A DNA stretch of 64,000 bases, from NCBI GenBank assembly GCA_000934665.2, contig KZ537969.1:62001-126000 (forward strand). Direction: 5' to 3'. This stretch comes from Catajapyx aquilonaris (lineage: Eukaryota). Below, one piece after another: positions 11,901 through 25,300 of this stretch; positions within the stretch are counted from its first letter, which is position 1; every line of letters starts with the position of its first letter. Position numbers and translations under genes: made by a program. The notes beneath the pieces are model-generated. The model had not been told where the DNA came from. It did not search any database and saw only the letters and a program-made list of their open reading frames with translations.

Positions 11901-13185
11901 TACATGATTGTAGTCCTAGTACATTAATAAATCATTATATTAGTCGTGCGAAGAATACTAATGTGTAACAAATCCTATAGGCCTATACCTGGTGTGGATT
12001 TTCGGGACAATAAAGTTGAACTGTCTATAGACTTCGAGATTCAAAGGAGGAAAAAACTTAACAATATATGGACAATACAATAATTTTAAAAGACGTGCTT
12101 TAAAATTGACACCATAATTATGTAGAATATAGGGCTTTTGTATACCTGATGAGATTTCATGACATTTTTAAAAGTGTACAGCCTATACTTGCTGAATTGG
12201 TACAGTATATGTAGATGTTTGCAAAAGCTTTCTCTACATCAGCGCTATTTTTAACTTTAGAGACATTTTAAGTTTCTGAATTAATGCCTCGGGTTCTTTT
12301 TATGCAAACCCGAAATACGAAGACCTTTTCTGCTTATAGGCTACATTTTCTTACGGTTCATTCCCGCACATAAAATATTGCGAATCGTCTCACTGATTTG
12401 CCAAATCTTGCTAAATAGACTGGCAAGATAAACTTCCAGCCCTCTGCTTCTCAGAAAAGAATTATGATTTGCACCTAATTAATTTATCGGTAAATTATGC
12501 TAATTTGTCACTTTAGTTTAGTGAAATAGCTCTTAAACGTATAATTTATACTACTTTCAGTGCTTACTTGACACTCCAATTCATTTTAAACGTCATGTTA
12601 ATATTGTATGTTAATTAGAAAATGTATTTGGATTCTTCTTAACGTTATTCACTGCCGAAGTGAAATCGCATCTAAAAGAGGAAACTATTAGTAGGCTAAT
12701 AGCACATTATAAATATTGAATAATACGAGGCCTACGAGTGTATACCATTGGACGATCCCATCTTTTGTTTGAAAACACTATATTCTTTTCGACTTATGTA
12801 CAAAATCATTATCATAACTAGGCCTGTAGATTACTTCACATAGTTGAATTTTAGACGACCATTACGCGAAGGAAACAATAGAAAAGTTGCAGAAACAAGT
12901 GTTGGTCCATAGTTGATAATTCGATTTCTCTTTTCATAATCCCAAGTTCCTAATAGGCTAAGTTGAGCCCCATTTTCTCGAGGCGCCATGTTGATGACGG
13001 TGTGACGAATGATGAATGAACATGTAAGGCGAGCTGATTGATTGATGAAAGAAACAATCAACAATGCCAATATTACATATTAATACTCACAACCACCGGA
13101 TGGCTTGGACCAGATCGGATAGCTGCAGGATGGACGCAAACACAAAGAGGATCGCCAACAAAGGCGCCCATGGGAAGATTCGCAT
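5913..13185 (-). CDS. Wnt11: Wnt ligand, Wnt11 subfamily, ~389 aa. Exons (5'->3') 13185-13091, 10751-10640, 10570-10444, 10088-9910, 9848-9750, 7910-7528, 6087-5913
   Basis: Signal peptide [20 protein letters not shown] followed by IRWLAL; RRWNCSS...[26 protein letters not shown]; acylation motif [24 protein letters not shown]...[22 protein letters not shown], the DL..GTRE.A.VYALS block and CKYYWCCYV resemble Wnt11. Exon phases are consistent (1170 nt). Confidence 0.9.
6841..6919 (+). promoter_or_regulatory. Promoter-like module in the last Wnt11 intron: reverse CCAAT box, GC box, NRF1/Ewg palindrome, Inr
   Basis: GATTGG 6841-6846, CCCCCGCCC 6876-6884, TGCGCATGCGCA 6885-6896, TCAGTT 6914-6919. 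Motif matches only. Confidence 0.4.
10091..10126. repeat. 18-bp tandem duplication next to a Wnt11 splice acceptor
   Basis: GTTTTGGTCAATGCACTA twice, directly upstream (on -) of the acceptor at 10089-10090. Confidence 0.9.
11650..11741. repeat. 40-bp inverted repeat (hairpin) with 12-nt loop in Wnt11 intron 1
   Basis: ATTTTCGTCCCACTGCTAGTTGCTGCTAACTTAGCAGTAT versus reverse complement of right arm ATTTTCGTCCCACTGCCAGTTGCTTCTAACTTAGCATTAT: 3 differences in 40. Confidence 0.85.
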
Positions 13186-15548
13186 GATGAGCGTCTTTAT
13201 GCTGCACACTTTGGCACAACTGCAAACTCCTTCATGACCATCACCTTCACTATCTTGTCGAATAACCGCACACACAATCACAACAATAGAGGGTGGGTGA
13301 ATCTTGCATTTTCTTTCGTATCATGATCACTCGCGATTCCAATATTGAAGTCTCCTGGAGAGCTTTTGAAGTCTCCAAAGTAGCGATAGGTGTCTGCCAG
13401 ACTCAATGTTACCAAAAAGCTAAAGCATCCGCAACACCTTGGGACACCCCACCACCCACCACCACCCCTCTCCTTCACATGGACCCCCGCCGAGGCCTCA
13501 TTGGCCCCTGTGGTCAGGCAGCCCCACCTCCAACATTTCTTGCAGCTCTGCCCAAATTCATCGCCCAGAACAACACCTCCACCACCTACTGAACCTAACC
13601 CCAGGGCACCACCAGACCCCCACTATATCCACCCCCTTCCCCCACTGCCAACATTGGCGGCTCCTGGTGCTTGTGATGGTTTTATTTTACAGATGACTTT
13701 GCCCTATCCGCATCATGGGATTGTTGCGGAGTTTTGTTGAAATGGGCAGGTTTTCAGTGGGATTGACGTGAAATTAACACTACCTTAGCCATCCAATGAT
13801 GAGGCCTAATTAACGTTAATTGGTCATATAACAGCACCTAATAATATTACGATGCGAGCCTTGACACGCATGGGATGATGAGACGTAATTACATTTCTCT
13901 CTGCAGTTTAATTAGCGGTCGCTCATTGAGAGAAAATCTGATTTTCAATAAATTGTCAACAACTATTAACATTTTCATGCGCACTTCGGAGATAACAACA
14001 CTGAATAGAGATCATGTCATCTTCTGAATCACTCAGACTCTGCTGATAGTGATGATCACTATCCATCCAGCACAGGAGCAGTTTCTTCAGTAGACAATGT
14101 GAGGATCTCATATGCCAGTGTGAAGAGTAGCCAAGAGAAAGGTGCTACAGTGCTAATGGCAGGCAGCGGTACATAAAAAAACAAAGAGCAGGTATAGGGA
14201 GGATGTTGAAGGCGAGTCGACTGGGGAAGTTGGGGAGGCTAATAGATGATGGGACCTGTTGGGGGAGTGCTTGGGAAGATTTTCTTTCCACCTACCCCCT
14301 CCCTCCTAGTGGTATTGCGTGGGAACCAGACCACACACACCATCGTTGGCCTCTCCAAGATCGATCTATTCCGAGGTGCCAATGGATTTTTGTGTGGAGT
14401 GTGAATGAGTGAGAGCCACCGCTTTCTTCCTACTGTTTTTATTGAGTCGCATTAGCATTGTGTCCCGAATCCATCTCTTTGGCGCGTGACGGGCCTTCTT
14501 CATTGTGTCCAAGACCGGCTGCTTCGTCCAATAGGCGACAAGGACCATGGAGTGTCGGCCATTCCCATTTGCTGGGTGACTCCGCCTCTTTGGCGTCCTA
14601 ACACCCATGGCACGACGTGGATGATGCTCACTGCTGCCAACTCCAGTGATATATGATGGACCGATAACCTTTTCATGCCACTTTGACATGTGATGACCTA
14701 ATCAAGGGTTGGATATCGAAGGGCGATGGGACGGTTTCTCAGGGGTACTGATAATTAGGAGATAAACTTCTTACAATAAATAATCTGTGATTTGGTAACA
14801 TTAGGCTTGGGATTGATGTGCTAATGAAAAATATATATCCGGGTCTATTGCAACTTACATCCAAATAGTTGCTTATTTTAGTGTCTATGAAGTTCAGAAT
14901 GATAGCTATATTATATTCTGGCTGTTAGATAAAGCCATGGCTATCATGCTATATAAATGTTATGTTCTTATGTGAAATTCAGTGACTAATAATAATTTTT
15001 TAATACTTGTGTGACCGCCCAGGAATGTGTGGAACAGGCGGTACCATCTCGTGTGTGAAAGGAAACTAAAAGGGAATTTTATGGCCTGTGGTCTCTACGT
15101 GCTGGGCCACACAAGCACCATCTAGTGGAGAGGGCTTTAGTATATCATACAGTATTTTGAAAGAGGAGGAAATTCTTTGACATCTTTCTTTTTCATGCCG
15201 TGGTATGGCAAAACTTACCTTCATTAGAAGCAATAACATAATACTGTAGAAATCTTCCTCTGTGTTGGTTACCCTATTTTAGAAAAAGTAAAAAACAATG
15301 TTGCCTCACCAAAGGAACGTTTATCCCAAAGGCATGGCCAAATTTCTGCTCTATTACAATACAAAATAAATATGTCACAATACAGCATGTTGTAGAGGTG
15401 GTATAATAATTACGAGTATTAATTGCTCTTCTGTCTTGACAAAATACATTTGTTTGGGGAAAGTAGGCTCAACTGTGAGGGATGAAGGCAGGCAGCACCT
15501 GTTTAGTGGCTTTATTAATAATTGACTTTACATGAGAAAAAAGTGGCA

Positions 15549-15584
15549 GTGGAACCAGGGATTATATAATCCCGCTGGTGGAAC
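15549..15584. mobile_element. 22-bp palindromic insertion flanked by a 7-bp direct repeat
   Basis: GTGGAAC-CAGGGATTATATAATCCCGCTG-GTGGAAC. The insert is a near-perfect palindrome and the flanks resemble a target-site duplication. Confidence 0.5.
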
Positions 15585-16321
15585 TGTGACTCCAGGACCT
15601 GACCCATCCTTCCTCTTCACGGAAAGGTCAGAACAGCGGCAGAAATATTCATTATTTTTTACGTGACTGGCAATCACTGGGATGGATATAGTTTATAGTA
15701 CACTCCCCCAAGTTCTGTATTGACCAATATTTTGAACTGCTCAAAAAGATGGAATCACACAATAGGGGATGATGTCGGGATATTGAGAGAAATAATAATG
15801 AAAAAAAAATGCATTCCTACTGCTGGCATGGTACAATTAACATGATATATTTTGTTGGGGGGGAAACAACAACAGATAAAAGATAGAAAGGAAAGCAAAA
15901 GAGGTAATATTTTTCGGGTACGAGTGAAATCAGCGCGATTACACCTAAGATATTTGGCAGTGATTGGTACATTGGCGCACCTGGAAATTAGCGCTCAAAA
16001 AATTAATAAGAAAAAAAATGAACACAATTGCAAAAAAATGGTCATACTTTACACTGAACGTCCTGTCTCTCACTCTCTCTCGCTCTTTTTTTCCCATTTT
16101 CTTTATTTTATTTTATTTTATTTTATTTATCTCTCGCTCTCTCCCAGTCACCCCCACCCCTTTCCCTGAGCCCCTGCCCCCTATACAAAATCGAACATAG
16201 CACCGTGAAACAAGAGCCCCCAAATTAGGACCCACCCACCCCACCCAACCCAACCCCTCCCATATTTCACACACTTTCCCAGCACATATTCTGTAGAGCT
16301 ATACTAGAGCGGGGTATAGCC

Positions 16322-19300
16322 TCAGGCGTACTTGATGCAGACCTGGCACCTGGACACCCTGGTGCGGAGGGTGCCTGACTTGAGCGTCTCGCTCTCAGGG
16401 CGCTGGAACTGCAACGAGTCATCGATGGTAGCCAGCCAGAAGCTGTACTTATTGGCGAAGTAATGGCAGGTGCCTCTGGCTCCGTTGCACTCGATGAAAG
16501 GTGTGGCTCTGAAGTCCTCAAGACAGGAGCCAGGGCTAGCCAGAGACTGACCACCTCCTTCAGCTCCAGCAGCAGTGTACATGACGAAGCTGTACCCTAT
16601 CCACAGTCCAGACCAGCCGGATGGACATGATGGGATCTCGTTAGACTGGCTGTGCACTGCGATCACATTGGCTGGAGCTTCACAGACCACGCACCTGACA
16701 TAGAGAGAAAATAAGGTTACATGAAGTTCACACGGGTGTCGTTGGTCTGTGGGCATAAACTGACCTAGAAATGTACTGGCGAATCTCAGTCTCGGCCACT
16801 GGCATCATAGGAATGGGTGCATTAGTGGAAAGCCAGTAGGACTTGTCGTTTCGACTAGCGTAGTTGCACACGTTATTGAGGTCGCAGAATAGGAAAGGCA
16901 TGGTGGAGAATCTTCGGACACAGGAACCTGCGAATCCTAGGTCCTGGTGGTGAGCCTTCTCGTTGCCCTCGATGTACAGGAGCGAGTAGCCGTCCCACAG
17001 CTTGACGTGGCCTGGCTCGCATGCTGGCACACCAGTGTTTTGACTGTGCCGTACCAGGAGTATTCCGGTCAAATAGTCTGGCTGTTGGGTGCAGGAGCGA
17101 CCAGGGTTTCCTTGTGGACCCACGGTCCCTGGCAGGCCATCTGATCCGGGAGCGCCGTTGAAGCCTCTGTCGCCCTTAGATCCTGGCGGGCCAGAAAGTC
17201 CAGGAGGTCCCGGCAATCCTGAAAGACCCTTTTCTCCAGGACGTCCTGCAGAACCTGGTAGGCCGTCTTGACCCGAAGAGCCCGGTTGTCCTGGACCACC
17301 AGGGATGCCTGTAAGGGATAGTCACGTTGCGGTTAGTACACTGCTTAGCAAAAAATGTAGACTGCTAAAATAGTGTAACTGATGACCATAACTAACCAGG
17401 TGGTCCACGGTCTCCCTTTTCTCCAGCTGGAGGAGTGTAACCTGGCTCTCCCTTATCTCCTTTCCTGCCATCAAATCCTGCTTGCCCTGGCCCTCCAGGT
17501 ATTCCAGAGGTGCCCTTATCTCCAGGGAAACCAGATGGTCCCACTGGTCCAGGAAGCCCATCTTTTCCTCGATCACCCTTCAGTCCCGGAATTCCAGGTG
17601 AACCAGGAAGCCCGGATGGACCTCGATCTCCCTTATCACCCTTCTCGCTAGCAAATCCAGGAGCTCCTTGATCTCCCTTTTCTCCCGGTGTTCCTGGGAA
17701 TCCATCATTTCCTGGCAAACCTGGTGCGCCATCAAGTCCAGGTCTTCCAGACGGTCCAAGAGGTCCAGGTTCACCCTTCTGTCCAGCAAGACCAATGGGG
17801 CCGGGTTCTCCTGGGCTTCCAGATGCTCCTGGCAGGCCTTGGAAGCCAGTTTCACCTGTGAGAGTAATAATAATTGGCATGAGTGCATGAACTTGCTGAT
17901 CAGCTTTGTCACTCACCTTTTGATCCTGGTAGTCCTGGTAGTCCACTGGTACCTGATGGTCCTGGTAGACCAGGAAGACCCTTCTCTCCCTTCCTGGTAA
18001 TTCCAGCTGGTCCAGGAGTACCCGGAAAACCTCGTTCCCCTTAAAAGAAATCATTGGGTCAATGTTTTGTGTGACAGAGTGATTGTTCACTGCCTACCTG
18101 GTGATCCCTGTGCTCCTGTGAATCCATCTCGACCTGGAGATCCTGGGAATCCTCTGTCACCTTTCTCACCCTGTGGTCCAGGCAAACCAGAGAATCCGAC
18201 ACCGCCTTTATCTCCCTTCACTCCTGCGAATCCTGGCCGACCAGGCTCACCCTTGATGCCCTGTTGTGCAATTCCAGGATCACCCTTTTGCCCTGGAGCA
18301 CCCGAAGTTCCTGGTCCACCAGGTAAACCAGCCGGTCCCCTGTCACCCTTCAGTCCATTACTACCAGGAAGTCCAGGGAAACCTTTGTCACCAGGAAGGC
18401 CAGGACCACCATTCTCGCCTGGGAATCCACGTTCACCTGCTGGTCCAGGTAGGCCGTCAGCTCCAGATGGACCTGGTAATCCGTCCTGACCTGGTAATCC
18501 CTGCGAAATATAAATCCGAGATATGAGTAACATTGCCAAAATATATATTGCAGTTCAATTACTTACGTTATCGCCCTTGGTACCAGGGAATCCTGCAAGT
18601 CCCATATTGCCCTTCTCTCCTGGAGGCCCATCAAATCCAGACAAACCAGGTGGTCCTCTCTCTCCCTTTTGACCAGACGGACCAGGTCTTCCGAAGCCAG
18701 CAACACCTTTATCACCTCTAGCTCCAGGTATTCCATCAGCTCCTGGTGCTCCTGGTCCTCCATTCAGACCCGGGAAGCCTCTTTCTCCCTTTTGGCCTCT
18801 TCCTGCAGCAAAGCCAGGTTCTCCTTTAGGTCCCTGTTTGGAGAGAGAGAAAGCGGTTATAAATGTAGCATGCGAAACGTTTCTTCGAAATTAAAGTTGT
18901 AAAAGCTTTGGGTAATATAGCTTACAGTTAGTCCTGGCTGTCCTGGTGGTCCCTTTGGTCCTCGAAGTCCAGGACTGCCCGAAAATCCAGGGGGTCCTGG
19001 AGTTCCACGATCTCCTTTACCACCGTTAAGTCCAGGAAGCCCAGCAGGACCTGTGTCTCCAGCTGGGCCTGGGAATCCAGCGATTCCCATTTCGCCTTTC
19101 AGACCAGGACTGCCAGGTATGCCGTCAATTCCAGCTCGTCCAGGATTTCCTTTTATCGAAATGAACATAATTATTCTGGTTCGCGTATGTGATTACTTGT
19201 GGTTAGCACAAAAATGTCACTTTGCATAGATTGATTACCTGGAGATCCTCTAGGCCCTGGGAATCCTTTAGAACCGTCTAAACCTGGCCTTCCTGCGTCA

Positions 19301-22300
19301 CCCTTGTCGCCTGGGAATCCTGGAAGTCCAGTACGTCCGGGTTCTCCAGGAAAACCGGGCTCGCCTTTGAGGCCTTCGCTTCCGGGAATGCCTGGCGGAC
19401 CCGCGGGTCCAGGTGGTCCCAAAGGAGCAGGAAGTCCTCTGTCTCCCTTTTCTCCCGGTAGTCCGTCAATTCCTCTTTGGCCAGGTTCACCCTTGTCGCC
19501 AGGGAAACCAGGGAGACCAGAATTTCCAGGAATTCCAGGTTTACCAGCAGATCCAGGAAGACCCTTCTCGCCTCGAGCACCAGGGAAACCTGGCGGACCC
19601 ACAGGCCCCACACCAGGTATTCCAGCTTCTCCTTTTCCGCCTACAAAAAGAGACAGCATTTTTGTGTCATGGGAAGGAAAAATTGTCATGAGCAAACGAT
19701 TTACCTTTATCACCAGGCCGTCCTGGTACACCTGGTCTTCCATTGTCACCTGCATCTCCAGGAAAGCCCATCGGTCCTATTTCGCCCTTACTTCCGCGTT
19801 CTCCAGGGAAACCTCTGGCTCCTACCGGACCTGGAGCGCCAGGAATTCCTGGCGGACCAGACTCTCCCTGTGGAACAGATAGGTAATTAGAGTTAGGTTT
19901 CTGTATGACATCAACAGCTCTCATTTACATACCCTCAAACCTTCTTGGCCTCTGTCGCCTTTTGGTCCAGTGTCACCCGAAAGGCCTGGAGGACCTGGAG
20001 GTCCTGGTGCACCTTTTGGTCCCTTGGCTCCTACAATATCGGACGGTGGGCAATACCCTGGTTCTCCTTTGCCTCCGTGAGGTCCGGGGTCGCCCTTCTC
20101 TCCTCTGTATCCATCTGCACCTGGTTGACCAGCATCGCCCTTGATGCTTGCGCCTTTGAGACCAGGTCGGCCAGGGAGTCCCGGATCTCCTGGTCTTCCG
20201 TCCAATCCTGGGAAACCACCGTCACCTTTGCTGCCCTTTTCGCCGCTGAATCCCACAAGTCCAGGAGATCCCGGAGGACCAGACAGACCAGGAGGACCTG
20301 GTGGTCCATTCTGTCCTGGAATACCACGATCTCCCTTGTCTCCTGGAAGTCCTCTAATAGCGTCTGGTGGAACGAAAGCAGGACGTCCAGCTTCCCCTTT
20401 TCCTCCAGGGGCACCAGGTATTCCAGGAGTCCCATCCAGTCCTGGAGGACCGATTGGGCCAGGTGGTCCATCGTCTCCCGTTTCTCCTACAAAGCCTCTG
20501 TCTCCTGGTGGACCCCGAAGTCCTTGAAGCCCTGGGGTTCCCGGTTGTCCCCTTTCTCCCTTATCGCCCTTAGATCCAGGCCTGCAATCTGTACATCTGC
20601 CTCCTCTGTCTCCCTTTGGTCCCTGAAGTCCAGGAATACCATTCCTTCCAGGACCACCATCTCGACCTCGTTCACCGACTGGACCGGAGGGTCCAGGAGG
20701 TCCAGGAATTCCCTGAACGGAGTCTCCCGGAGGACCTCTGGCTCCTGCATAGCCCTGGTCTCCCTTTTGACCCCTCTCGCCATCACGCCCAGGTGCACCG
20801 TCCATACCTTTTGGTCCAGTTATGGAAAGACCTTTCTCTCCGGGGAATCCAGGTGATCCTGGATTTCCTGGAGGTCCAGGGAATCCAGGGGGTCCAAGAC
20901 CACCGGGGAAGCCTTGACGAAATAATATGTTGTTACCGCATTGTTGATGACACATGTTCTGTGTGATGTATTACCTGCCAGACCCGAGTCGCCCTTGTCT
21001 CCTTTAAGTCCAGCTGGTCCTTCTGGACCTGGGATACCTGGTATTCCTGGCCCGCCAATAGGTCCAGGAGGACCTCTCGGACCTGGATCTCCTGGAAAGC
21101 CATCCAAACCTTTAGGCCCATGCAATCCTGGGTAACCTCGAGGTCCTTGAGGCCCGGGTAGACCAGGTTGTCCTTTTAAGCACTGGAATAAAATTATTAA
21201 ATAAGTGAAGTCTCGATGAGAGGCGGTAAACTAAATTATTTTCTTACCCCTGGTGGTCCTTGTGGTCCAGGCAATCCAGGCAAGCCTACTGATCCATCTC
21301 TTCCGGGTTCGCCTTTGGGACCAGGGCGACCGCCAAGTCCATCGAGTCCGTCGTAACCTCTGTCACCTTTTTGGCCAGGAGGTCCTGGAGGTCCTGCGAA
21401 TCCGTCTCTTCCTCGACCACCCGGGATTCCTGGTAAACCTTTTTCTCCCTTCATTCCGGCATCTCCTTCATATCCAGGTTCACCTCGTTCGCCTGGGTTT
21501 CCAGACATTCCACGTTCTCCTCGTTCTCCCTGCGAATGTCAGTGGAACCGATTAGATTAGGAACCACAAACTAGTAGTACAGGATAACGTACTCGATCTC
21601 CTTTTTGTCCAGGTTCTCCAGTAGGCCCTATGATAGTTTCGTTGGCGTGGAAATACGGCTTGTCTGGTCCTGGCGGTCCTGGAGGTCCTTGGAATCCCTT
21701 GTCACCTTTATCGCCTTTCGCACCTTCGTAGCTCAACCCCATGCTGCCCTTGTCTCCTTTTCGTCCATGTTGTCCAGACGGGCCTGATAAGCCGGGATCT
21801 CCTTTTGTACCTGGAGGCCCCTGCAGTCCTGGAAGACCAGGAGATCCGGGGACTCCACGAACTCCATCAAGTCCAGGCTCTCCTTTCTGTCCTCTAATAT
21901 TAGGTCTACTAATGGCAGGTTCTCCCTTCACCCCTTTCTCTCCGGATGGGCCTGGAATTCCTCTTGGTCCGGGGTCACCAGGGAAACCGTGAGTTCCAGG
22001 TACTCCCTGTCAATTAGGAATCCGATGAGTAACGAGAGCAAAGGCATAACTGGAGTAGATGATTTCTTACGTCAGTTCCATTACAGCCATCTAATCCTGG
22101 TAAACCAATAGGACCGGTTGGACCCTGTGTTCCTGGAATCCCTGGAATTCCAGGAAATCCTGGCATTCCCATTTTACCCTGTTGACATTAGGCAAGAGAG
22201 TATGAGATTCATGAAACAGTCCTGCCACATATGAATATACTTACGCGATCACCTTTTACCCCTCGAGGACCTTGTGGCCCTGGCTCTGCCTTGTTTCCTT

Positions 22301-25300
22301 TCGGTCCCGGTAATCCTTCGGTTCCTGGGAATCCCATTTGACCCTTTATACCTGGTGGGCCAGGGAATCCCGGTGAACCCTGCAAAAATAGTGCAGAATA
22401 TTTGACGCACTCTGCCATTCTTGCTAAGCCCCTTGAATTGACATTACCCAAAGTGTATAACCCCCACACATTATTGGGTAACAACGTAATTAGTCCTGCC
22501 ATGCCCTACTTGATAAAAATAATGGCTGCCAACTGATGCCCTTATGCTGCATTCCAGCACCTGTGTATAGTGCATGGTCTGGATCTGTTCCAGGAGCAAA
22601 AGGGGGCCGGTAATGCACTTGGAACCAGGGGAAAGGGAAGGTTTGGACCCAGGCCCATGAAAGAGGCGTGGGAGTGTGAACCGTCTGTTGTTGACTTGGG
22701 CGTGTTTACTTCCGCATGGCTGAAATCCAATCCAGGCTGGACCCCCTTTTGACCGAATTAACTGGCCCCTATGAGCCGAAATTCAGTGTATGAAGTCAGT
22801 AATGTGAGCTTAAACTCCTGTCATGAATAGAACCAGACCTTTCTCCCCCACTAGGTTTTGGTCTGGCCTCTGAATCTAAACACACCCCATCCTTCCTTTC
22901 CGTCCCTCTTGCAACGTCCGCAAATAGATTCTCCCTCATGTGGAGCCTACTAACAGACTACCTTGGGGTAGATGCCTATAGTCCACTGGCCTTGCAGCAT
23001 TAGGAACCACGTTCAGTCGCTCTAAAATTATTCTAGTAGAACTACAGCTTCGACTCATATTATCAGAGAATATGGGCTGGCCACCTTCCATACTCCTGGG
23101 CAGTTTCGGTTGCAGAGTTTCAAGGATACTGATTGGTCCTAAGTAATCTATTCAAACGTTGCAACAATTTTTCTTTTAAAAAAAAATCATGTACACTACA
23201 AAAGTGCGGGTATGGAATTGAATGATTAATTTTTTGTCGTTACCCAATTGATTACAGGCCCGTCTAATTATTTTTCCTGTGGAGGCCCCTACATGATCCT
23301 TGTCAGGAAACCACATTATTTATGGCCGCGTGCAGCGTGAGGCTGTGGGTTTTTATATGTTCGAAGTGCCTGGGCTGTAATGTATCAGCACCTAAACTAC
23401 CTTGAATCTTAATATATGCTTAGATAACCTGAAACCTTACCCTGGATCCTTTTTCTGCTAAACATCTTGGAGCGCAGCATCCTCCACATCCAGATCCACA
23501 CCCGGTGCAATCTTGTGGTGTGTCATATTGTCGTCGAGAGCGTGTGACATTCGAATCAGCTTCTTCGAACGACTGCAACGAAAACGATCATGCTATTAGA
23601 GGAAAATTATTCGCAATTAAATCAGCTCTAATCATCAGCATGCATCAAAATTGCCCAGACGTGATCAAAAACATCCCACCCTGCAATATAATTATACACG
23701 ACGTTCCCGCAGCAAAATATCGCAAAGTTTCACAAAGGTTCCGCTGAGCAATCCCATTGCCTTGCAAAGCAGTAGTAAAAGTAGCAGGTGCTGGTTGGGC
23801 TACTTTTTTGCATTACAAGTAGCAGTACCTGAGGATAACTAACACCTGGAAACGAAATTCGCATAAATGTGAAAGCATCGGTGGTTCAGTGGTAGAATGC
23901 TCGCCTGCCACGCGGGCGACCCGGGTTCGATTCCCGGCCGATGCAACATTTTTGGTATGTCCTCTAGTGAGTACCGGCTCTAATCGCCAGGTGGTACGTG
24001 TTGGTATGCACCCTTTGTTACCTTCACTTGAACTTTAGCCACCGGTTCTACGCTGTAACGTACACACACTTGAGGAAACAATGCTTTTTATTTGTGCTGG
24101 CCCACCTCCCATACACACACCCTTCTTCTTCATCTTCTTCTTCCACCTGTGGTCGGAGGCTCTTGGTGAATCAGTTATGGGCTAGCTAGGGTTGGTCGGA
24201 TGGCAGTTCGCTCGTGCCTCTTTGGGCGGGCCATTTGCAGGTGAACAACCCGCCTGATTCGTGACGGGGAATCACCTTGACATTAATGCTCAGCTGGAGG
24301 TGCCCACCAGCTGGGTGGTGTGGGGGAGGAAGATGAGCTCTTCTTAATCGTGCTACATATTTTTGGAGACAATTTATAACCAGGGGGTCAACTTGACATT
24401 TTTAGGATTATTTTAGACTCAGGTTGCCATCTGGGTTGACCCTTGCAGCTACAGAGTGTTCATTCTTAGAATTTTTCGGCAAATGCCATTGGGTGATTTA
24501 AGATGTGATGAAAGGTAGAGGCACTTGGGGATCAAAGGTTCCGACAGACTCTCAAGCCCTCAACCCAAATTTTAAGAAATACTGAACCCCTTCCTTTTTT
24601 TTCTCTCAGACACCAGGTCAGACATAGGGGAAATTCCTAAGAAGCGTGTAGGGATTCCCCTTCTCGTTTAATCTGTCAAGTGGTGTTGAATGAAAGTAGC
24701 TGATTAACCCCCCCCCCCCCCCTCCCCCTAAGATCTGAAGAGCCACACCCTGATCCAACCAAAGACCTCTTATTTCCTTCCTTTCCTTCCTTTCTTCCAA
24801 GGCCATCTTCATCTTAAAGCAGCATCTCTTTGAGTGGCGCAGGTGGCACTGCGACGTTGCCATTTGTATTTTATTATATTCCAACCTCCCAAAAATTTTC
24901 CAACCTGGTTCATTGAGAAAAGGCCCACCATAAATTCAACGTCTCTATTAACCCCTGGTATTGCCCCCCTTCCAGATCCAACCACCCTGGAGATAGATGG
25001 CCACCTTTTCCTTGAACCAACCTCCTTTCGATTTCAACCAACTGTTTAAAAAAAGGTTCCAGCAATGAGGTCACAATGACTGACGGTGTTAGGCAACGTG
25101 GATTCTACCGACACAGGCTATAATCATAAACCTTACATGGGAGTGTCCCACAATTTGTATTCCATCAAAGGAGAAGTTGCCTACTGTACTACATTCGGGG
25201 GCGACAGACGGCTTTAGATGGACAGGAATGTTGCTGACTCACTGGAGATGAGACTAGGTTTTCTACCCACGTATTGCTCCATGCAAAAGGGTTTGTGATA

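Noticed and set aside
13293..13740. Pro/His-rich ORFs upstream of Wnt11
   Set aside because: C-rich low-complexity sequence with no family signal; likely Wnt11 5' region.
17089..21992. Plus-strand Pro/Gly-rich ORFs (e.g. 19304-19882, 19945-20856)
   Set aside because: They are antisense or off-frame shadows of Col4a1 Gly-X-Y exons, where GGA/GGT/CCA/CCT codon bias suppresses stops.
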